From contig CAWJQU010000008.1 of the NCBI GenBank assembly GCA_963845145.1, positions 538,457 through 602,456 on the forward strand: a stretch of DNA of 64,000 nt, read 5' to 3'. The notes below the pieces were generated by a model that ran no database searches, was not told where the DNA came from, and was given only the letters and a program-made list of their open reading frames with translations. The stretch's first letter is position 1, and each line of letters starts with the position of its first letter. The DNA comes from an uncultured delta proteobacterium. Lineage in GTDB: Bacteria; Desulfobacterota; Desulfobacteria; Desulfobacterales; QNYZ01. The translations under genes and the position numbers were made by a program. This document shows, in pieces, positions 59,184 to 64,000 of this stretch.

Positions 59184-60568
59184 TTCAGTGGTGCCTCCCC
59201 CGACGCTTCGGCTATAATGGATGTTAAAAGCTCTTGGTCAGGTTGCAGCTCAAGCAGCATTCCTTCGATGGCCGGGATAACATCTGTAACAATGATCTGC
59301 TCCCCTACGGCAAGGCCTTTTTTAACCGAAACTAAACTACCTTGAGCATACCCTGTTTCAATCTTCCGGATTTCCAATCGGTTCGAACTATTGGCGATAT
59401 AAACCGCTCCTTGATGCAGAGCACTACGGGGAATAATCACAGCTTTATCCCGGGGCTTACCTCTTAATTCAACCTCGCAGTACATGTTTTTTATAAGAGG
59501 TGGTTTTTCTCCTGGACGAATTTTTTTATAAGGGTTATCCACGGTCACATATACACCAATTGTCCGGGTCTGACGGTCTAGGGTATCGCTCACACGTGTA
59601 AAACGACCTTTCCACTCGATTTTATTATCACCGAAATATATTCGTATGAATGCGCTGAACCCAGAAAAATCCCGCATTTCTCCCATGTCCGGCTTTGTCT
59701 TAGTAATCATCGTCCCGTATTTTACAGTCCTTCCGGCATCCCCCCATAAAAGGTTCATTAAGGTGTAAACCGGTATTTGAGCCAATATATCCACTGAACC
59801 CATATTATCTGCTTTGAAAAGCACTTTACCGATTGAGACAAATTGGGCCATTTCCACATTTACTTCAGTGACACGGCAATTATACGGCGCACTAATCGTT
59901 GTTTTTTCTATATCGAGATCCGTGTCGGTGAGCTTTGTCTCACTTGAGGTTATTTTTGCCAGTAGCGCTTTACGCTGGGTTGGAATAAGGTTAAGTGCAC
60001 TTTTTATATTCTGCACCGCATTTTTTTGCATGAGAACCTGTTTTTCCTCTTTTTCCAGTTCCGATTTGGAAATATAACGATTTGAAAAAAGCTTATTCTT
60101 ACGCCCAAGTTCCTTCTGACCCAAGGATAAAGAGAGGTTTTCCACTTCCAGCGAATACTTAATATCTTTCTCTTTCTGATCAAGTTCGTCAAGCTGAACT
60201 CGAAGGTTTTCTAGGTCTGCCTGCGCCCGTATTTTGGCCAGCCCGTATTCGGCGGGATCAATGCGAAGGAGTGCCTCACCCTCTTTGATGATAGCGCCCT
60301 TTTTGAGTTTAGGATGAATCTCCAGCACCTTGCCGCTTACCTCTGCCACAGCCTCCCAGGTTTGGTTTGATTGCACGGTGCCATATCCCATCGCACGGGT
60401 TGTTATCGAAATCTCAGAAGCAGGGATGAACCTCACAGCCCTGGGTCGTTCAGATATTTCCACCTGTTTTGGGGTTTTTTTAAGATTAATTATAAGTAAA
60501 AACACAAGAACCCCTAAAACCACGGCCGGAATAATCAACATTTTTTTTGTTCGCCCGGAAAGCATCAT
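59180..60568 (-). CDS. RND periplasmic adaptor (membrane fusion protein)
   Basis: AEVSGKV, LLRIDP, TTISAPY, IPRSAL; overlaps the permease start. Confidence 0.92.
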   Translation of the reverse strand: MMLSGRTKKMLIIPAVVLGVLVFLLIINLKKTPKQVEISERPRAVRFIPASEISITTRAMGYGTVQSNQTWEAVAEVSGKVLEIHPKLKKGAIIKEGEALLRIDPAEYGLAKIRAQADLENLRVQLDELDQKEKDIKYSLEVENLSLSLGQKELGRKNKLFSNRYISKSELEKEEKQVLMQKNAVQNIKSALNLIPTQRKALLAKITSSETKLTDTDLDIEKTTISAPYNCRVTEVNVEMAQFVSIGKVLFKADNMGSVDILAQIPVYTLMNLLWGDAGRTVKYGTMITKTKPDMGEMRDFSGFSAFIRIYFGDNKIEWKGRFTRVSDTLDRQTRTIGVYVTVDNPYKKIRPGEKPPLIKNMYCEVELRGKPRDKAVIIPRSALHQGAVYIANSSNRLEIRKIETGYAQGSLVSVKKGLAVGEQIIVTDVIPAIEGMLLELQPDQELLTSIIAEASGEAPLK

Positions 60569-61206
60569 GCCGACCCCATTTTAAGCCCCATACAATTCAT
60601 TGTTTGCTAATAAATTTAATATTTTACCAAATATAGCCAGTAATGTTCGCTACATCTCCACTTAGAAACCTTCGTCTGTTATCGTTTACTCAATTAGCTG
60701 TGAATTTTTTAATGTTACAATAACTCGTAAAAGTTTCTATCTGACCCAAAAATTATGTCATAATTTTACCTTGATGTAAACATTTCAGTCAAGTAATGAC
60801 AAGTATATTTCGAAGACAGTAGCTAACTATAGAGAATGCCTTTTCGGGTGCCACGTTATATTATCGAAGTAATCAACTTTTTACAAATTCCCTGATTCCT
60901 ATATGAAAAAACATTGAAGCTATAATATTTCTATGATATTTATATACCAAATTCACCCGGGCCAAAATGAGAGAAAAATTGTTATTGGATATTCGGTAAT
61001 AGTTTAGCGTAATATTTATCATTCTTGATATTTTTATCCACAAAATAATTTAAAATATAGCTTCAAATCCAATAACACCCAATACCTAGTAGTAAATACC
61101 CAATACCATATGTAATGTACATTTCACCATTAGTATGATATTATTTTAATTGCATTTTTACATGTTTTTTCAATATTTTTTTAAAATTTGATTAGGATAA
61201 AGAAAT

Positions 61207-62646
61207 ATGAAAACATTTATTATTTTCGCTTCAATCTTGATTAGCGCATTATTAAATGCATGCACTTTGTCAAAAGGTGACATAAAATCCGTAGTAAAAG
61301 ACGAAAAAACCAAAGCACCGAAACAGTGGGCATCCAAACAACCGGTTAAAAGCAAAACCGATATATTCGACTCGGGATGGCTTGATTCTTTTAAAGACCC
61401 GCAGCTTAAAGCAATTGTTATAGAAGCTACAAAAAATAACTATGACCTACAGGCCGCTTTTGCTAAACTTGAAAAAGCTAAAGCTAAAGCTAAAAAAGCG
61501 GGTTCATATCTGTCTCCTACTGTAAATCTGGGCCTCAGTGGAAAAAGTGGGGATACCCTTAAAGAAAAAAGCGATAGTGGAGTCAATAGTACTCAAGAAA
61601 ACTCTGCAACAGGAACTTCTTTTGGGGCTTCTTTGGATGTATCATGGGAATTGGACGTATGGGGACGTATCAGAGCAGGACGCGATGCGGCCACGAATGA
61701 TTTTTTTGCCTCACAGGCTGATTACGATTATGCGTTTCAGTCGATAGCGGCTCAGACGGCAAAAGCGTACTTATTTGCTGTTCTAACCAAACTGCAAAAA
61801 AAACTTGCAAAATCCAATATGAGCAACAACGAGCGTATACTGGAAATAGTTAATGCTTTTTTCGATCATGGCACTGGTCAGCTGATGGATGTACACCTCG
61901 CAAAATCAGAATTGGCCAAATCGCAAGACTCATTTCATAACTCAGAAAAAGCCTATTTAGAATCTTTAAGAAGCTTGGAATTATTACTGGGCCGTTATCC
62001 TTCCGCTGATTTAGAAGTTGCTAATAAACTACCGCAATTGCCTAAGCCGGTTTCAGCGGGGATACCTTCCGAAATTCTTGAAAGAAGGCCGGATTTAATA
62101 TCGGCCGAAAGACGAGTGGCAGCAGCATTTAACAGGACCCAAGAGGCAAAGGCGGCTCAGTTACCGCGTTTTAGCTTAACTACCTCTTTCGGTACGTCAA
62201 GCTCTGACCTTAGCCTTCTTACAGATCCTACTAATATTTTTTGGAATTTAGCTGGGAATCTACTTACCCCAATCTTTGATAAAGGAAGGAGAAAAGCAGA
62301 TATCGAAATTGCTACCGCTGAACAAAAAGAGAGTTTGGCGATGTATAAAAAAGCAGCTTTATCCGCTTTTGCAAGTGCGGAAAGTTCTTTGACAAATGAA
62401 TATATCTTAAGAAAAAGAGAGAAAAGCTTGCGTGAAGCTTATAAACATGCAAAACAAGCAGCGAAGATCACAGCTGAAAAGTATAAATTAGGGATGGGAA
62501 ATATCCTGGACGTGCAGGAAATAAAAAACATGGTCATTTATTCTGAAAAGGAATTATTGTACGTGCAGTACGACCTCCTTGCCCAAAGAGTCAACCTGTA
62601 TTTAGCGCTTGGAGGAAATTTTGCTCCTAAACGGAAAAGCGATTAA
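61207..62646 (+). CDS. Outer-membrane efflux lipoprotein (TolC/NodT family)
   Basis: Lipobox LNAC, SWELDVWGR, RRPDLISAE, LYLALGG. Confidence 0.93.
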   Translation: MKTFIIFASILISALLNACTLSKGDIKSVVKDEKTKAPKQWASKQPVKSKTDIFDSGWLDSFKDPQLKAIVIEATKNNYDLQAAFAKLEKAKAKAKKAGSYLSPTVNLGLSGKSGDTLKEKSDSGVNSTQENSATGTSFGASLDVSWELDVWGRIRAGRDAATNDFFASQADYDYAFQSIAAQTAKAYLFAVLTKLQKKLAKSNMSNNERILEIVNAFFDHGTGQLMDVHLAKSELAKSQDSFHNSEKAYLESLRSLELLLGRYPSADLEVANKLPQLPKPVSAGIPSEILERRPDLISAERRVAAAFNRTQEAKAAQLPRFSLTTSFGTSSSDLSLLTDPTNIFWNLAGNLLTPIFDKGRRKADIEIATAEQKESLAMYKKAALSAFASAESSLTNEYILRKREKSLREAYKHAKQAAKITAEKYKLGMGNILDVQEIKNMVIYSEKELLYVQYDLLAQRVNLYLALGGNFAPKRKSD

Positions 62647-62984
62647 GTATTAAACCGTTTTAAGTGGTAATTATATTTTGTACCTTATTGTAGAATCTGG
62701 AAGGAGAAAGCCATAACGGCTACACGTCCAATACAATACTAATCCTACCGACCGGCTAATCCGTTCTATAATTAGCGCCTGAATGTTAATTCAGAGGTTC
62801 CTGCTTAAACTTAAAACCATTTGGATTCATATAGAAATATCTGTCCTGGTTCCAGTTTTTGTGCTACTGATAAAGTTAGAATCCAGAGTATATTTTAGGT
62901 ATTAAATATTGTGGCTTCCGCGTATCTGCTACTATATTTTTACCATCTCAAAAACATCACTAAACTACTGTAATAATAAAGAAT

Positions 62985-63517
62985 CCACCCCCAGAGGGGG
63001 TGGTATTAAGTTTACCCCTATAAGGGGGTAAGTCTGTCTCTTGCCCCCTGAGGAGGCGAGATTAATTGTCCCCAATTTTGGCGATGGTTATTTTTCTATC
63101 TTTTTCTCTTGTGCTTCTTGGTACTTAACATATTTCCGTATTCTATCGGCATCAAGACCAACTGTATCAACACAGTAACCTCTGGCCCAAAAATGATTAC
63201 CCCAATAGGGCTTTTTCTTTAAATTGCGAAATCGATTGAATACACGTATTGCCGTACGTCCCTTGACGATGCCCATATAGTCAGATATCGAAACTTTCGG
63301 CGGTACCATTACCACTAAGTGGACATGGTCAATCTGGACATTTAACTCAACGATTTCGCAATCTTTTTGTTCGCTAAACATCCTTATACCGTTTGTAACT
63401 TCTGTAGCGACAGCACCTTCGAGAATTCTCAAACGATATTTGGGCGTCCAAACCATATGATACTGGCAATGCCAAATTGTATGTGATTACTTTCTGACCA
63501 CCCCCCAAGGGGGTGGT
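62985..63517 (-). mobile_element. tnpA: IS200/IS605-family element, tnpA 5'-truncated, with end hairpins
   Basis: HMVWTPKYR, HUH motif DHVH, FWARGY, YVKYQE; hairpins at 62985-63003, 63012-63031, 63040-63060 and 63497-63517. Confidence 0.88.
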
Positions 63518-64000
63518 TTTCTATGATAGAATAAATAGTTATGACATAGTTCTCATGTCTGATTAGTGAAAAGCCACTAATTCTGTCCAAGATTGTATAT
63601 TAGGTATACGCAATCACCAAATTAGTTAAAAATTCGATTGCGGCTATGCTTGTAAACATTCTGGTTACCTGATTTTTTTTCATTAGCACAAGAAATAAAA
63701 CAAAAGATCAGAGTTAAACAGTCGACGTTTTCACCCTGATGATTTCTGAGATAGCCAGCCAGAAGGTAAAAATATCATCGATCCGGAAAACCTGTAATAA
63801 GCCAGATGCCATTATTCCAATTTGAATAAAACTTGGAGAAAGGCGACATGGTGATATTATCATTCGAGCGGGTTGCCTTGAACTGGTGATAACAAATTTA
63901 TCAAAAGTGTAGGTGTATTGAGAGTATCGTGCCCTCCATCCCTTCGAAAATACTGCCAGAAATCTAAGATTCGAGCAAGATAAAATGTGGTGATATTTTC

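Larger units (their letters stand above)
23946..64000. mobile_element. AT-rich accessory region / genomic island starting at the tRNA-Arg 3' end (right end not seen)
   Basis: Visible drop in GC after the tRNA, hairpin ATAGCTTAG...CTAAGCTAT just downstream, IS remnants, pseudogenes, no core genes; no integrase found. Confidence 0.55.

Noticed and set aside
61034..61042. Perfect DnaA box TTATCCACA
   Set aside because: Isolated copy in AT-rich DNA with no cluster or origin context.

Overview
Bacterial chromosome segment whose gene content and sequence style suggest a Desulfobacterales-like deltaproteobacterium (inference). Bases ~1-23,950 are GC-richer housekeeping DNA: glmS-like, pyrG, eno, lpxH-like, trmN6, dciA, hflKC, a tiny bS22 gene absent from the ORF track, groESL, xth, exeAB, mtaB, mnmA, rpsU, folC and tRNA-Arg(CCG). 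Many essential genes there are split by single-base indels, most likely long-read consensus errors. Right after the tRNA the DNA turns visibly AT-rich and island-like to the window end. It carries an orphan mglA, decayed IS1595/IS256/IS200 elements, MITE-like repeats, and a eukaryote-like envelope signalling cluster (two Ser/Thr kinases, PP2C, two FHA proteins, vWA, secreted caspase, CsgG/FlgO proteins) with a ModABC-like transporter embedded in it, plus MMPL/LolA-like genes and an RND efflux set. Top observation: ORFs 49328-50500 and 50501-52642 are one reading frame interrupted only by a TGA, followed by a SECIS-like hairpin. This predicts a ~1104-aa selenocysteine-containing octaheme c-type cytochrome fused to a PhnD-like solute-binding domain and a membrane anchor. 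A second, weaker in-frame TGA plus hairpin occurs at 37930 (- strand).
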